From: Candidatus Undinarchaeales archaeon
GTDB lineage: Archaea; SpSt-1190; JASMDC01
Assembly (NCBI GenBank): GCA_030753015.1
Contig: JASMDC010000010.1
Location: 1 to 64,000 of the forward strand
Direction of reading: 5' to 3'
DNA length: 64,000 nt
This document shows positions 28,103 to 39,056 of the stretch, one piece after another. The translations under genes and the position numbers were made by a program. A model generated the notes under the pieces. That model was not told where the DNA came from. It worked only from the letters and a program-made list of their open reading frames with translations, and did no database searches. Position 1 is the first letter of the stretch. Each line of letters opens with the position of its first letter.

Positions 28103-29473
28103 ATGGAAGGCGTGCTCCGCAAGCTCGAAGGCCGGTGCGACTTCGCCGACGTGGGACGTTCCCGGGTGCACTCGTCCTTCGTAGAAGCGAAGGACCGACA
28201 GGTGCTCACCCTGGGCACGCTCGAGAGCGAGGGGTTCGGTGTCCGGGTCCTCGTGGACGGATGCTGGGGCTTCGCCTCGGTGAACGCAGAGGACCAGCTG
28301 GCCGATGCCGCGGAGCGCGCGCTCCGTCTGGCGAAGGCGTCGGCACGGTTCAACACGGTCACGGTCTCTATGGACGAGATCCCCGCACGGAAGGTCCGAC
28401 ACAGCACACCCTGGGTGGAGGATGTGCGTGATGTGTCCCTGGAGGAGAAGAAGGACCTCGTTTCCCGGATGGAGAAGGCCTGCTACATCGATGACGCTAT
28501 TAGGACCACGTCCTCGCTCTACAAGGACACCCATGTCGAGCGCACGTACATCGACACCGCCGGTTCTGACGTGGAGACCGCCATCCAGCGTCTCTTCTTC
28601 CGCTCGGTGGTGAAGGGCCGGTGTGGCGACCTTATCCAGGAGACCACGGACGGTCACGCCGACGTGGGCGGATTCGAGGTGGCGCGTAGAGGGGGGGCCG
28701 AAGCGCTCGCAGTGGACGCGGCGGAAAGGGTCCTGCGCCTGCTGGACGCCAAGCCCGCGCCCGGGGGCACGTTCCCCGTGGTGATGAACCCGGAGCTCGT
28801 GGGCGTGTTCGTGCACGAGGCCGTGGGCCACGCATGCGAGGCGGACCACATCCTGGCCGGTACATCGGCGTTCGCCGGACGTGAGGGCACTGCGGTGGGG
28901 AGCGACCTGGTGACCATCGCTGACGATCCCACCCTCCCTGGTTACGGCCACTACGCATTCGACTGCGAGGGTATTGCCGGTGTACGCACCGTGCTCATCG
29001 AGGGCGGTACGCTCATCGGGTTCATGCACTCAAGGGAGAGCGCGTCGCGTTTGGGTGTCGCTCCAAATGGTCACGGGCGGTCCGGTTCGTACGCACAACC
29101 GCCCATCGTCCGCATGAGCAACACCCATATGTCGGGTGGTGACCACGACCTCGAGGAGCTCTTCGAGGGCATCAAGCGCGGTGTGTACATGCGCGGCGAG
29201 TACGGTGGCGTGGTGAACACCACCTCGGGCGAGTTCCTGTTCAAGAGCAAGGAAGGCCAGCTCATCGAGAACGGTGAGTTGGGCGAGCCGCTTCGGGACG
29301 CTGCCATGACCGGCCAGGTACGCGAGACGCTTCTCCATGTCAGCCGCGTGGGGAAGGACATGCGTTTGGTGCACAAGCCGGGCGCCTGCGGCAAGCAGGG
29401 CCAGCACGTGCCCGTGGACCTGGGCGGGCCACATATCAGGGTGGAGGAGGTGCGCGTCGGTGGGTCCGTCTGA
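28103..29473 (+). CDS. tldD: TldD metalloprotease
   Basis: HEAVGHACEAD, PIVRMSNT, GACGKQGQ. Confidence 0.93.
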   Translation: MEGVLRKLEGRCDFADVGRSRVHSSFVEAKDRQVLTLGTLESEGFGVRVLVDGCWGFASVNAEDQLADAAERALRLAKASARFNTVTVSMDEIPARKVRHSTPWVEDVRDVSLEEKKDLVSRMEKACYIDDAIRTTSSLYKDTHVERTYIDTAGSDVETAIQRLFFRSVVKGRCGDLIQETTDGHADVGGFEVARRGGAEALAVDAAERVLRLLDAKPAPGGTFPVVMNPELVGVFVHEAVGHACEADHILAGTSAFAGREGTAVGSDLVTIADDPTLPGYGHYAFDCEGIAGVRTVLIEGGTLIGFMHSRESASRLGVAPNGHGRSGSYAQPPIVRMSNTHMSGGDHDLEELFEGIKRGVYMRGEYGGVVNTTSGEFLFKSKEGQLIENGELGEPLRDAAMTGQVRETLLHVSRVGKDMRLVHKPGACGKQGQHVPVDLGGPHIRVEEVRVGGSV

Positions 29474-30755
29474 GCTCGTCGACGAGATAATCCGGCGCCT
29501 GGACACACCCTTCTTCGAGGTGGCCGTCGCAACGACGGGATCGACGACCCTCTCGACCGAGCGGGAGAGTATCCGCAACGCAGAGAGCGGCGAGAAGATA
29601 GTCATCGATGTGCGGGCCGGCGACGGCGGTCGTGTCGGGTACGCCCGGAGCGTCGGTGGGGAGGCCGGGATCACAGTGCGCAACGCCCTAGAGGCCCTGC
29701 GGCTCTCCAACGTGGACGAGCACTTCCCAGGCGTCACTGAGGCCACGAAGCTGCCGAAGGTGCCCGGGCTGTTCGACCGGAAGGTCGCCGACCTGGGCCC
29801 CGACGACCTGGCCGATAAATTGCGTGCTCTCATGGACGCCGCCGCGTCACCCAAGCTCGAGGTAGAGGAGGCCGCCATATCGACGTCCATGTCGACATCG
29901 GCATTCGGCAACTCGGCGGGAGTCCGGGCCGAGGAGAAGGCCACCATGTGGTCTGCCGCCCTGGTGCTCGCTGGCGGGACAGTGAACGTGTGGGATTACG
30001 ACAGCTCGCGAGCACTGGACATCGATGTCGAGTCGCTGGGCCGGCAGGTGCGCGACCTGACCCTGGCCAGCCTGAAGCCCAAGAAGGTAGAGTCGGGACG
30101 GTTCAACGCGGTCCTGGGCCACCACACCGTCACCGAGCTGGTCTCCAACCTCCTGGCCCCAGCGATCAACGGTGATGTGGTCCAGCGGGGCGGTTCCCCC
30201 CTGGCTGACCGCGTGGGCGAGGCCGTGGCGTCGCCGACGGTGACCATCACCGATGACGGGCTCCTTCCCAGCGGACTCGTGTCCCAGCTGTTCGACGCGG
30301 AGGGAACGCCTTCCTGCACGACCCCGCTCGTGACGAAGGGCGTGCTCAAAGGCTTTCTCCACGATAACTATACCGCGACCCGCGGTGGCGTGGCAAGTAC
30401 CGGTAACTGCTCGTCGCTCTCGATACGGCCCTCGATCCACCCCAACAACCTCGTGATCGCCCCCGGCACCCTCTCCACGGAGGACCTTCTGGGCGAGATG
30501 GGCGACGGGCTCCACATCGAGCTGCCCATGGGCGGGTTCACCGCGAACGCCTCCAGCGGCGACTTCTCGCTCCACGTCCTCGCCGGGTTCCTGGTGAAGG
30601 ACGGTGAGGTGGTCCACGCAGTAAGGGACGCCATACTCTCGGGCAACATGTACGACATGCTCGGTACCGTGGAGGCCGTGGGGAGCGAGGTGCGCCAGAT
30701 ATCCCATGTGGTGGCGCCCCCGTTGCTTGTGCGGGACCTCTCTCTGGTGAGCTAG
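29460..30755 (+). CDS. pmbA: PmbA/TldE protein
   Basis: TITDDG..FDAEG..GVLKGFLHD, SGDFS; lacks HExxxH; follows tldD. Confidence 0.88.
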   Translation: MGPSELVDEIIRRLDTPFFEVAVATTGSTTLSTERESIRNAESGEKIVIDVRAGDGGRVGYARSVGGEAGITVRNALEALRLSNVDEHFPGVTEATKLPKVPGLFDRKVADLGPDDLADKLRALMDAAASPKLEVEEAAISTSMSTSAFGNSAGVRAEEKATMWSAALVLAGGTVNVWDYDSSRALDIDVESLGRQVRDLTLASLKPKKVESGRFNAVLGHHTVTELVSNLLAPAINGDVVQRGGSPLADRVGEAVASPTVTITDDGLLPSGLVSQLFDAEGTPSCTTPLVTKGVLKGFLHDNYTATRGGVASTGNCSSLSIRPSIHPNNLVIAPGTLSTEDLLGEMGDGLHIELPMGGFTANASSGDFSLHVLAGFLVKDGEVVHAVRDAILSGNMYDMLGTVEAVGSEVRQISHVVAPPLLVRDLSLVS

Positions 30756-30822
30756 CCCCTCATACCCCAAGGATCGGGTTAAATATTCTGTGACCGTAGG
30801 TGCATCCCGCGGGATGGTGGTC

Positions 30823-31776
30823 ATGGACCGAGAGACGAGCGCGTACGTCGCAGTTCTTGCCACTATCACTGTCTGGAGCACGGCCGCTGCCGCTGTCAAG
30901 CTCCTCATGTCGGACCTGCCCTCCTACCTTGTCATGTTCTACGTGGCCCTGTTCGCCGTGGCCGGCAACCTCGCGCTGGTAGTGCTCACCGGGAGGACAC
31001 AGCGGTTCCTCTCATACGGGAGGGACGACCTGTCAGTGTTCGCCCTCATGGGCCTTCTGGGCAGCTACGGCTACTGCATGCTCTACTACAACGCGCTCGA
31101 CATTGCCCCTGTGGTTGTGGTCAGCTTGGTCCAGTACCTCTGGCCGATCATGACGGTGTTGTGGACCGCGATCCTCCTCAAGGAGCGGCCTGGACGTCGG
31201 GCGGTCACGGGACTTGCCATGAGCCTCGCCGGCGTGATGGTCATCGCCACGGGGGGCGATCTGTCCGCGCTGTCCCTGGAACGGTTCACAGGCCCGCTCA
31301 TGGCCGCCGCTGCCGCGGTGTGCTACGGACTGTTCTCGGCCATCGGCAAGAGGCGGGATGACGACAAGGTGTGCGCCATGGCGTGGTCTTTCATATTCTA
31401 TCTCAGCTTCACCGTCCCCACTGTTCTGGTGCTCGTCCCGGAAGGGTTCCTTCTGCCTGGTTCGAGCACGCTCCTGGGCCTCGCGTGGATGGGGGTCGCA
31501 TGCTACGCCATCGGCTATAGCCTCTGGCTGTACGCGCTTTCAAACGGAGACACGGCCTCGATGTCCAACATGACATTCCTCACGCCCTTCCTCTCGCTCG
31601 TATGGATCCGATTGCTCCTGAACGAGCCCATCCCCCCCTCCGCTGTAACAGGCCTCATCGTCATTATCGCGGGCATCCTGGTGACACGAAGCAGCAGGGT
31701 GACCATCCCCGACGTCCCGTCATCGCGCATGCCCTCGCCGGTACCGGCCGCCGCGATGGCCCGTGATGGGGATTGA
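30823..31776 (+). CDS. DMT/EamA family transporter
   Basis: 10 TM in two repeats; LLKER and LLNEP motifs (alternative start 30814). Confidence 0.88.
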   Translation: MDRETSAYVAVLATITVWSTAAAAVKLLMSDLPSYLVMFYVALFAVAGNLALVVLTGRTQRFLSYGRDDLSVFALMGLLGSYGYCMLYYNALDIAPVVVVSLVQYLWPIMTVLWTAILLKERPGRRAVTGLAMSLAGVMVIATGGDLSALSLERFTGPLMAAAAAVCYGLFSAIGKRRDDDKVCAMAWSFIFYLSFTVPTVLVLVPEGFLLPGSSTLLGLAWMGVACYAIGYSLWLYALSNGDTASMSNMTFLTPFLSLVWIRLLLNEPIPPSAVTGLIVIIAGILVTRSSRVTIPDVPSSRMPSPVPAAAMARDGD

Positions 31777-31822
31777 ACCGCAGGGACTGTTATTTATGTA
31801 CTGCCGCCCTATAAGCGAGTGC

Positions 31823-34800
31823 ATGGGTGATGGTCGCTGGACCTTCGGTATCGACCGTGGAGGCACCTTCACCGACGTGGTGGCGGTTGCCCCCGACGGC
31901 ACGCTCGTGACCGAGAAGCTCCTGTCCGAGGACCCGGGACGTTACGGCGACGCTGCGGTGTTCGCCGTCCGGTCCATCCTTGGTCTGGGACCTGATGAGC
32001 CCGTCCCTGCTGACCTGATCGAGTCCATCTCCATGGGTACGACCGTGGGCACCAACGCCCTCCTCGAGAGGACAGGGGCCCGTGTGTGCCTGGTCGCGTC
32101 CCGTGGGTTCGGCGATGCGCTGGCCATCGGACATCAGGCACGGCCGGACATCTTCGCCCTGGACATACGCAAGCCACGACCGCTCTACGAGGACGTGGTC
32201 GAGCTGGACGGGCGTATGGCCGCTGACGGTACGGAGCTCGCCCCCCTGGACCCCGAACAGGTCGAGCGGGAGCTGCGGGGTGTCCTCGACCGGGGTGTCC
32301 GGTCCTTGGCGGTGGTCCTGCTCAACAGCTACCGCGACGACGCCCACGAACGGACGGTCGGCCAGGTGGCCCGCAGGCTCGGATTCGAGCAGGTGTCCCT
32401 CTCCTCGGCCACAATGCGGGTCCAGAAGATGGTGGGCCGGGGCGATACCACCGTCGTCGACGCTTACCTCAATCCCGTGCTGCGTCGGTACGTAGAGCGG
32501 GTGCGACGGGACACCGGTGACGTCCCGCTACGGTTCATGCGCTCCAGCGGGGGCCTGGTGGACGCCGGGAGCTTCACCGGCAAGGACGCGATCATCTCGG
32601 GACCCGCAGGTGGTGTGATCGCAGCTTCCCAGGTCGCTGTGTCCTTGGGCATCGAGCGGGTCATCGGGTTCGACATGGGCGGTACTTCCACCGACGTCTC
32701 CCGATACGAGGGGGGCCGGTGCGAGAAGGTGTACGAGACAGAGACCGCGGGGGTACGCATCCACGCGCCCATGGTGAACGTTGTGACAGTGGCGGCGGGC
32801 GGCGGGTCCGTCCTGCACTTCGACGGTACGCGCCTGTCGGTGGGCCCCGATAGCGCCGGCGCCGATCCTGGACCGACCTGCTACCGCAACGGGGGGCCAC
32901 TCACCGTGACGGACGCCAACCTCATGCTCGGCCGCATCCTCCCCCACCACTTCCCTATGGTGTTCGGCCCGGGGCACGACATGCCCCTCGATCCGGACAT
33001 CGTCCGCAAGCAGTTCGCCGAGCGCGCCGAGGAGGTCCATCGGGCCACGGGGCGTCGGATGAGCCCCGAGGAGGTGGCCGAGGGGTACCTACGCATCGCC
33101 AACGAGAACATGGTGCGACCCATCAAGTCCATCTCGGTGGCCAAGGGGTTCGATCCCCGTGACCACGTGCTCATGTGCTTCGGCGGCGCCGGGGCGCAGC
33201 ACGCCTGTGCGATCGCCCGCGAGCTGGGGATGGACCGGATCGTGCTCCACCCGCTGGCGGGGGTACTCTCGGCCTACGGGATGCTCCTGGCGGACGTGCT
33301 CCACGAGGACGCGAGGGCCGTGCTCCTCCCCTTGGAGGACGCTTCGGCCCAGGCCATTGAGGAGGCCTTCGCGGACATGGAGCTGGTGCTCACCGAACGC
33401 GTGGCGGCCGACGGCATCAGACCGGACTGGACCACGATCCGGCGGTTCGCCGACGTTCGTCCCCGGGGCGCCGACACCAGCGAGACCGTACCCTACGACG
33501 GGATCGACGCGTGTCGGGATACCTTCTCCGCTGCCTATCGGCGCCACTACAGCTTCGAGCCACCGGTCGACCGGCTCGAGCTGGTCACCCTCCGGGTGGA
33601 AGCGGTGGGTGAGCGGCCCAAGCCCGCTGAGCCCGAGAGAGAACAGGTCCGCCGTGAGCTGGGACCGGACGACGCGCTTGAGGTCGCTCGCTCCTGCTTC
33701 CGGGGCATCTGGTATGACGCGCCCGTCTACCGGCGGGACGACCTGCGGCCCGGCGACACGCTCCACGGCCCGGCCATCATGGTGGAGGACACGTCGACCA
33801 TCGTCGTGGAACCCGACTTCGCGGCATCGGTGAACGCCCGGGGACACGTTGAGCTGTACCAGGTGGAACGCCCCCCGCGCGGAGAGGAGGGGACTGCGTG
33901 CGATCCGGTGCTCTTGGAGGTGTTCTCCAACCTGTTCGCCTCGGCAGCGGAGCAGATGGGGAGCGCGCTCCAGCGGACGGCCCACTCGGTGAACATCAAG
34001 GAGCGGCTAGACTTCTCCTGCGCGGTGTTCGACGCAGAGGGAGGGATGGTAGCCAGCGCCCACCACATCCCCGTCCACCTGGGGGCCATGGGCGCGTCCG
34101 TGCGTAACGTGCTGGCGGCCGTTGGCACCACTATGGGGCCGGGTGACGTGTACGTCACCAACGATCCCTTCCACGGTGGCTCGCACCTCCCGGACGTCAC
34201 GGTGGTCACGCCCGTGTTCGCCGGGAACGGGCAGCTACTCTTCCTCGTGGCCAGCCGGGGACATCACGCGGACATCGGAGGGACGACTCCCGGATCCATG
34301 CCGCCGGACGCTACCTGCCTGGAGCACGAGGGCGTGGTCATCGAGTGCTTCCGACTCGTGGCCGAGGGACGGTTCGACGAGGAGGGCATCACCGGGCTCC
34401 TTTCGTCGGGGCCGTACCCTGCACGCAACCTCCGCGAGCGCCTGTCCGACCTCAGGGCACAGGTGGCGGCGAACGCAACGGGTGTACGTGAACTGCAGCG
34501 CCTGGTGGCCGACCACGGGCTGGGGACGGTCCAGGCCTACATGGGCCACGTGCTCGCCCACGCTGACCAGGTCATGCGACGCGCCATCGGCAGGCTCCCT
34601 GACGGCGCGCATACCGCTACGGACCGGCTCGATGATGGCACTGTGCTACACGTGACCGTCACAGTCGACGGTGACGAGGCGGTAGTGGACTTCGATGGGA
34701 CCGGGCCACAGCATCCGGGTAACCTCAACGCACCGCCGGCAGTGGCGATGGCCGCGGTGCTCTACGTGTTCCGCACCCTGGTGGACGAGGATGTACCTCT

Positions 34801-35437
34801 CAACGAGGGATGCCTGCGCCCGCTGTCGGTCCGCATCCCCGAGGAGTGCGTGCTCAATCCCCGACCGGGGGCGGCGGTGGCCGGCGGGAACGTGGAGACC
34901 TCCCAGCGCGTGGTGGACGTGCTCTATCGGGCGCTTGGGACCGTGGCGGCCAGCCAGGGCACCATGAACAACCTCACCTTCGGCCCCGAGGACGGTGAGT
35001 ACGGCTACTACGAGACCATCGCCGGCGGAGCGGGGGCCGGACCCGGGTTCAACGGTGCCAGCGCGGTCCACACCCATATGACCAACACGCGCATCACTGA
35101 TCCCGAGGTGCTGGAGCAGCGGTATCCCGAGGTACGTGTGGAGGCGTTCTCCATCCGCCGGGGATCGGGGGGCGGTGGGCGGTACCGGGGCGGCGACGGA
35201 GTCGTCCGAAGGCTGCGGTTCCTGGTGCCATGTCGTGTGTCCATCCTCTCCGAGCGTCGACAGGTCGCGCCCTACGGGCTCGCAGGCGGCGGGGACGGTG
35301 CCACCGGAGAGAACCTCCTGATCCGTGCGGACGGCACCGAGGAGCGGCTCGGCGGCCGGGCCAGCGTATCGGTCTCGCTCGGCGACCAACTGGTGGTAAG
35401 GACGCCGGGTGGCGGCGGTTGGGGCGTAACGATTTAA
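31823..35437 (+). CDS. fused hydantoinase A+B / ATP-dependent 5-oxoprolinase
   Basis: [60 protein letters not shown]. Confidence 0.93.
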   Translation: MGDGRWTFGIDRGGTFTDVVAVAPDGTLVTEKLLSEDPGRYGDAAVFAVRSILGLGPDEPVPADLIESISMGTTVGTNALLERTGARVCLVASRGFGDALAIGHQARPDIFALDIRKPRPLYEDVVELDGRMAADGTELAPLDPEQVERELRGVLDRGVRSLAVVLLNSYRDDAHERTVGQVARRLGFEQVSLSSATMRVQKMVGRGDTTVVDAYLNPVLRRYVERVRRDTGDVPLRFMRSSGGLVDAGSFTGKDAIISGPAGGVIAASQVAVSLGIERVIGFDMGGTSTDVSRYEGGRCEKVYETETAGVRIHAPMVNVVTVAAGGGSVLHFDGTRLSVGPDSAGADPGPTCYRNGGPLTVTDANLMLGRILPHHFPMVFGPGHDMPLDPDIVRKQFAERAEEVHRATGRRMSPEEVAEGYLRIANENMVRPIKSISVAKGFDPRDHVLMCFGGAGAQHACAIARELGMDRIVLHPLAGVLSAYGMLLADVLHEDARAVLLPLEDASAQAIEEAFADMELVLTERVAADGIRPDWTTIRRFADVRPRGADTSETVPYDGIDACRDTFSAAYRRHYSFEPPVDRLELVTLRVEAVGERPKPAEPEREQVRRELGPDDALEVARSCFRGIWYDAPVYRRDDLRPGDTLHGPAIMVEDTSTIVVEPDFAASVNARGHVELYQVERPPRGEEGTACDPVLLEVFSNLFASAAEQMGSALQRTAHSVNIKERLDFSCAVFDAEGGMVASAHHIPVHLGAMGASVRNVLAAVGTTMGPGDVYVTNDPFHGGSHLPDVTVVTPVFAGNGQLLFLVASRGHHADIGGTTPGSMPPDATCLEHEGVVIECFRLVAEGRFDEEGITGLLSSGPYPARNLRERLSDLRAQVAANATGVRELQRLVADHGLGTVQAYMGHVLAHADQVMRRAIGRLPDGAHTATDRLDDGTVLHVTVTVDGDEAVVDFDGTGPQHPGNLNAPPAVAMAAVLYVFRTLVDEDVPLNEGCLRPLSVRIPEECVLNPRPGAAVAGGNVETSQRVVDVLYRALGTVAASQGTMNNLTFGPEDGEYGYYETIAGGAGAGPGFNGASAVHTHMTNTRITDPEVLEQRYPEVRVEAFSIRRGSGGGGRYRGGDGVVRRLRFLVPCRVSILSERRQVAPYGLAGGGDGATGENLLIRADGTEERLGGRASVSVSLGDQLVVRTPGGGGWGVTI

Positions 35438-35460
35438 TCCTCATCCCCCTCCTGACGCCC

Positions 35461-35727
35461 GTGGTCATCGAGATCCGCAAACCGGGTGAGGGCGAGCTCA
35501 AAGAGCTAGGCATCGACGTCTGGGGCACCTGGGAGTGCGCCGTGTCCGAGTTCTCCTGGGAGTACACCGACCGCGAGACCTGCTACCTCTTCGAGGGCGA
35601 GGTCACCGTCACGTCCGACGATGGAGCGGTCACCTTCGGCGCTGGCGACATTGTGGTGTTCCCCAAGGGTCTGAAGTGCACGTGGAAGGTCACCAAGCCC
35701 GTGCGGAAGAAGTTCAGGTTCGGTTGA
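35461..35727 (+). CDS. cupin (DUF861/EutQ-like)
   Basis: WECAVSEFSWEY..ETCYLFEGEV..GDIVVFPKG..CTWKV. Confidence 0.88.
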   Translation: MVIEIRKPGEGELKELGIDVWGTWECAVSEFSWEYTDRETCYLFEGEVTVTSDDGAVTFGAGDIVVFPKGLKCTWKVTKPVRKKFRFG

Positions 35728-35787
35728 CGCTACCGCGCACGCGGCCCGTGAGGACATATAAAGCTTGGGCGCTCCCTGCGCCACGCC

Positions 35788-37368
35788 ATGCAGTCACTGG
35801 TGGCCTTAATCGCGCAGTTCAGGAGCAGTCATCTCGAGACCCTGCTGACCTCGGTCTGCCTCCTCCTTCTGCCTGTGCTGGTGCTCGCCGCCCGGCGCGA
35901 GCTAGCCACCTTGATCCCGCGTCGATCGAAACGCGAGATCGGGGCGCTCCTGCTCGTGCTGGCGGTGGCCCTGGCGCTGCGGGTCCATCCCATGGCCGAT
36001 CCCTTCCAACACCGTGTCTATTTCGATGAATGGGAATACATGGCCAACGCCCGGTCCATCCTCCTGGACGGACAGGCCTCGGTCTGTGTCCGGGGCACCA
36101 TCGAGCACTGTCTTCAGCCTGCCATATCGCCCAACAACAAGATAGGGTTCACGGTGCTCCAGGCGTTCGCGTTCTCGCTCGCGGGCATCTCCGAGCGCAC
36201 GGCCATGTATCTGACACTGGCCGCATCGGTCGCCTCGGTGGCCCTGGCCTGGCTCCTCGCCGCCACCCTGTTCCCTGGCGAACGGTGGTCGCCTCTAACC
36301 GCCGCTGTGTTCCTGACGGTGCTCCCCCTACACATCAGGTACTCCACCTGCGCCGCCACGGAGTCTATGTCGCTCTTCTTCGGTGGCCTGGCCATGCTCG
36401 CGGGCCTGGCCGCCGCACATACACCTAGCAGGCGGACGCAGTACCTCGCCGCCGTGACCTTCATCCTCGCGGTGACCGTCCGGTACGAGAACGTGCTGCT
36501 CATCGTACCCCTCGCCCTGCTCCTCAGGAGGACGAGAGGAGCACGCGGACCGGCTGTGCTCACGGTGGTGCTTGTGTCGTCCTTCCTGCTCGCATACTTC
36601 TCATCGGTCAACGTGGACGACGCCACGCCCTTTACGACCTCGATCACCGTTCTTGCTCGGAGCGTGCGCGCCTCCGTCCCCCTGTGGCTCGGCAAGGACC
36701 ACCACCCCCTCCTCCTAACTGCGCTCGCGCTCATCGCCCTGTGGCAGGCGCCCCGAGACCGCTCACGCCTCCTTCTCCTGGCTTGGCTGGTGCCCTTCGT
36801 CATGCTCTATGCTCTCCACGACTGGCCCATGGATATCTGGGACCAGGACCGCCATATGCTCCAGGGGTACTTCCCCATCGTCCTGCTCGCGGCGGCCGGT
36901 GTGGACGCACTGAGGAAGTTCATGGGTGGGGGGAGCGACCGCTTCGTGGCCCTCGTGGCGCTTGTCATGGTGGCCAGCTCGCTCTCGCTCCTGACCTCCT
37001 GCCCCGGCCAGGGATGCAGGGACTACGTCGTTCGCGAGTTGGAGTTCGCCCTAGCGCATCGTGAGATCAGGCCGCAGTGCGTCATCGTTGCGCCGACACC
37101 TGTGTTCATCAACTGGATATGGAAGCGCCGGGCCGTCTACTTCGAGCGCTTCGATGACGTGGACGACATCCTTGCAAGGGGCGAGTGCGCTATCCTCCAC
37201 GAGAACTTCTATTGTGATCCCGGAGAGCTTGGACCGGCAAAAGTGTACTGGCGGATCCCGGCGGTGTGCGATGCGTACCGTGAACGATACGACGTACGAA
37301 CCATACTGGAGGACATCGACGGCCCCTATCCGATAAGGCTTTCGACCCTCTCGTCGAAGGGATCCTAA
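35788..37368 (+). CDS. GT-C (ArnT/PMT-like) membrane glycosyltransferase
   Basis: FDE loop motif after the N-terminal TMs; many TM helices; C-terminal soluble domain. Confidence 0.7.
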   Translation: MQSLVALIAQFRSSHLETLLTSVCLLLLPVLVLAARRELATLIPRRSKREIGALLLVLAVALALRVHPMADPFQHRVYFDEWEYMANARSILLDGQASVCVRGTIEHCLQPAISPNNKIGFTVLQAFAFSLAGISERTAMYLTLAASVASVALAWLLAATLFPGERWSPLTAAVFLTVLPLHIRYSTCAATESMSLFFGGLAMLAGLAAAHTPSRRTQYLAAVTFILAVTVRYENVLLIVPLALLLRRTRGARGPAVLTVVLVSSFLLAYFSSVNVDDATPFTTSITVLARSVRASVPLWLGKDHHPLLLTALALIALWQAPRDRSRLLLLAWLVPFVMLYALHDWPMDIWDQDRHMLQGYFPIVLLAAAGVDALRKFMGGGSDRFVALVALVMVASSLSLLTSCPGQGCRDYVVRELEFALAHREIRPQCVIVAPTPVFINWIWKRRAVYFERFDDVDDILARGECAILHENFYCDPGELGPAKVYWRIPAVCDAYRERYDVRTILEDIDGPYPIRLSTLSSKGS

Positions 37369-38297
37369 ACGCCCGCTGCCTCGATGAGGCGGACTATCAT
37401 ATCCTCGTAACCGACGGCCATGATGTGGGCACCAGCTGCCTTGGTCTTGCGGATGTCGGCCAGCAGGTCGCCGAAGAACTCGAGGTTGATCGCATCGTAG
37501 GCCTGATGTTGCTGGTCACGGGTGAGGTTGCGGGCTGTGCGCAGCCGGTCCATGAGCTCCTCGGGGATGGACACGCCCGGTACGCAGGCATCGAACCCCT
37601 CAGCAGCGGCGAAGGAGCGCAGGGGGAGCAGGCCGATGAGGATTGGGATGGTGACACCCTTGTCGCGTGCCATATCCAGGAACCGGTCGACGGTCTCCAT
37701 GTCGAACACCGCCTGTGTCTGGGCGAACCGTGCGCCCGCAATCTGCTTGCGCACCAGCTTGAGGACCTCGGGCTCAAGGGGATCGGCGTTTGGATTGGCA
37801 GCAACGCCCACGAAGAGCCGGGGCGGCCCCTCGATGGGATTTCCCTCCAGATCGCACCCTTCCTCATCCATGCGGGAAATCATGTCCACGAGCTGGGTCG
37901 AGTCCAGGTCGTATACCGGCATGGTGCCCGGGAGGTCGCCCAGGGACGTGTGGTCGCCGGTGATGGCCAGGACGTTGCGCAGTCCCAGGGCCCATGCGCC
38001 CAGGAGGTCCGACTGGAGCGCCAGCCGGTTGCGGTCCGAGCACCGGAGGTGACATACCGTCTCGACCCCGGTCTCGCGTTCGATGATGTGGGACGCTGCG
38101 ATGCTGCTCAGGCGCCCCATGGACTGGCAGTTGTCGGGGACGTTGCACGCCACAACCGAGCCTTTGACCTTCCTGGCCGCCTTGATGAGCCGGGCGACGT
38201 CGGTGGAGCGAGCGGGCTCCAGCTCCCCTGTGAACGTGAACGTACCCTCGGCAAGGGCGACGGAGAGGGCGCTGTCCAGGGATTTCTCAGCGCTCAT
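37365..38297 (-). CDS. metF: methylenetetrahydrofolate reductase
   Basis: GELEP, NVPDN, DRNRLALQSDLLGA, ITGDH, AQTQAVFD. Confidence 0.92.
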   Translation of the reverse strand: MSAEKSLDSALSVALAEGTFTFTGELEPARSTDVARLIKAARKVKGSVVACNVPDNCQSMGRLSSIAASHIIERETGVETVCHLRCSDRNRLALQSDLLGAWALGLRNVLAITGDHTSLGDLPGTMPVYDLDSTQLVDMISRMDEEGCDLEGNPIEGPPRLFVGVAANPNADPLEPEVLKLVRKQIAGARFAQTQAVFDMETVDRFLDMARDKGVTIPILIGLLPLRSFAAAEGFDACVPGVSIPEELMDRLRTARNLTRDQQHQAYDAINLEFFGDLLADIRKTKAAGAHIMAVGYEDMIVRLIEAAGV

Positions 38298-38938
38298 ATG
38301 CCCTCGACCCCCGTGCGCGGGTGACGTTCGGACCGCCAATCCCGTGGTGGCTCCACACGCAACAGCTGTCCTGCACGTCCGAGCGCTGACAGCCGGCGCC
38401 AGATGAGCACCCAGACACAAGGAATTGCCTGTACATCGACCTCGCACATGCCGTCGACCTGGCCGCCGCAGGGGCCATTGAGCAAGCCCTTGGGACACCG
38501 GGCCAGTGGGCAAAGCCCGGCCGTGCGGTCCACGAAGCAGTCACCGCAGGCATGACAGCCCTCGAGCACCGTATCCTCCTCCTCGCCCTTGTACCCGATG
38601 AGCATGGTGTCCGCTGCCGGCAGGACTATGTGGTCGGGGAAAGCGGTCGCCAGTGCCTGGAGGCCTGCCCCACAGGCCGTCGAGAGGATGAGCTGGTGCT
38701 TGCCAGGCTCGAGGCGGTCCCCAACGAGAGCGAGATCGCACTGCCGGGGAACGGCGGTGACATCGATGGTGAGCTTGTCCTCGTCGGTGGTCAGTGACTC
38801 GGCGAGGGCCTCGGCCTCCTTTGTGCCTCCGGTGCGGTGCACGGCGGTGCACGCGTTGCACGCGACGACAAGGACGGACGTGGCGTCACCAAGCATGTCC
38901 TTGAGCCTACGCTGTTCCTTGAGCCTGGTAAGGATCAT
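38294..38938 (-). CDS. metV: MetV Fe-S subunit of MTHFR
   Basis: CHACGDC....GLCPLARCPKGLLNGPCGG...CEV...CVW; overlaps metF. Confidence 0.9.
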   Translation of the reverse strand: MILTRLKEQRRLKDMLGDATSVLVVACNACTAVHRTGGTKEAEALAESLTTDEDKLTIDVTAVPRQCDLALVGDRLEPGKHQLILSTACGAGLQALATAFPDHIVLPAADTMLIGYKGEEEDTVLEGCHACGDCFVDRTAGLCPLARCPKGLLNGPCGGQVDGMCEVDVQAIPCVWVLIWRRLSALGRAGQLLRVEPPRDWRSERHPRTGVEGI

Positions 38939-39056
38939 GGCCGCTATCCCGGAAGTCGTTGCAGGTATTTAAAGGTGTGGTCGCCGCAGGCCTGGCGCAC
39001 CCAAACCAATATAATCACTGACGTCCTCTAATTATCCACACCTGGTGATACCTCCC

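Noticed and set aside
27467-29029. Long antisense ORFs (520 aa here; also 18338-19873, 56142-57449 and others)
   Set aside because: Mirror frames of real genes caused by high GC3; no recognisable motifs
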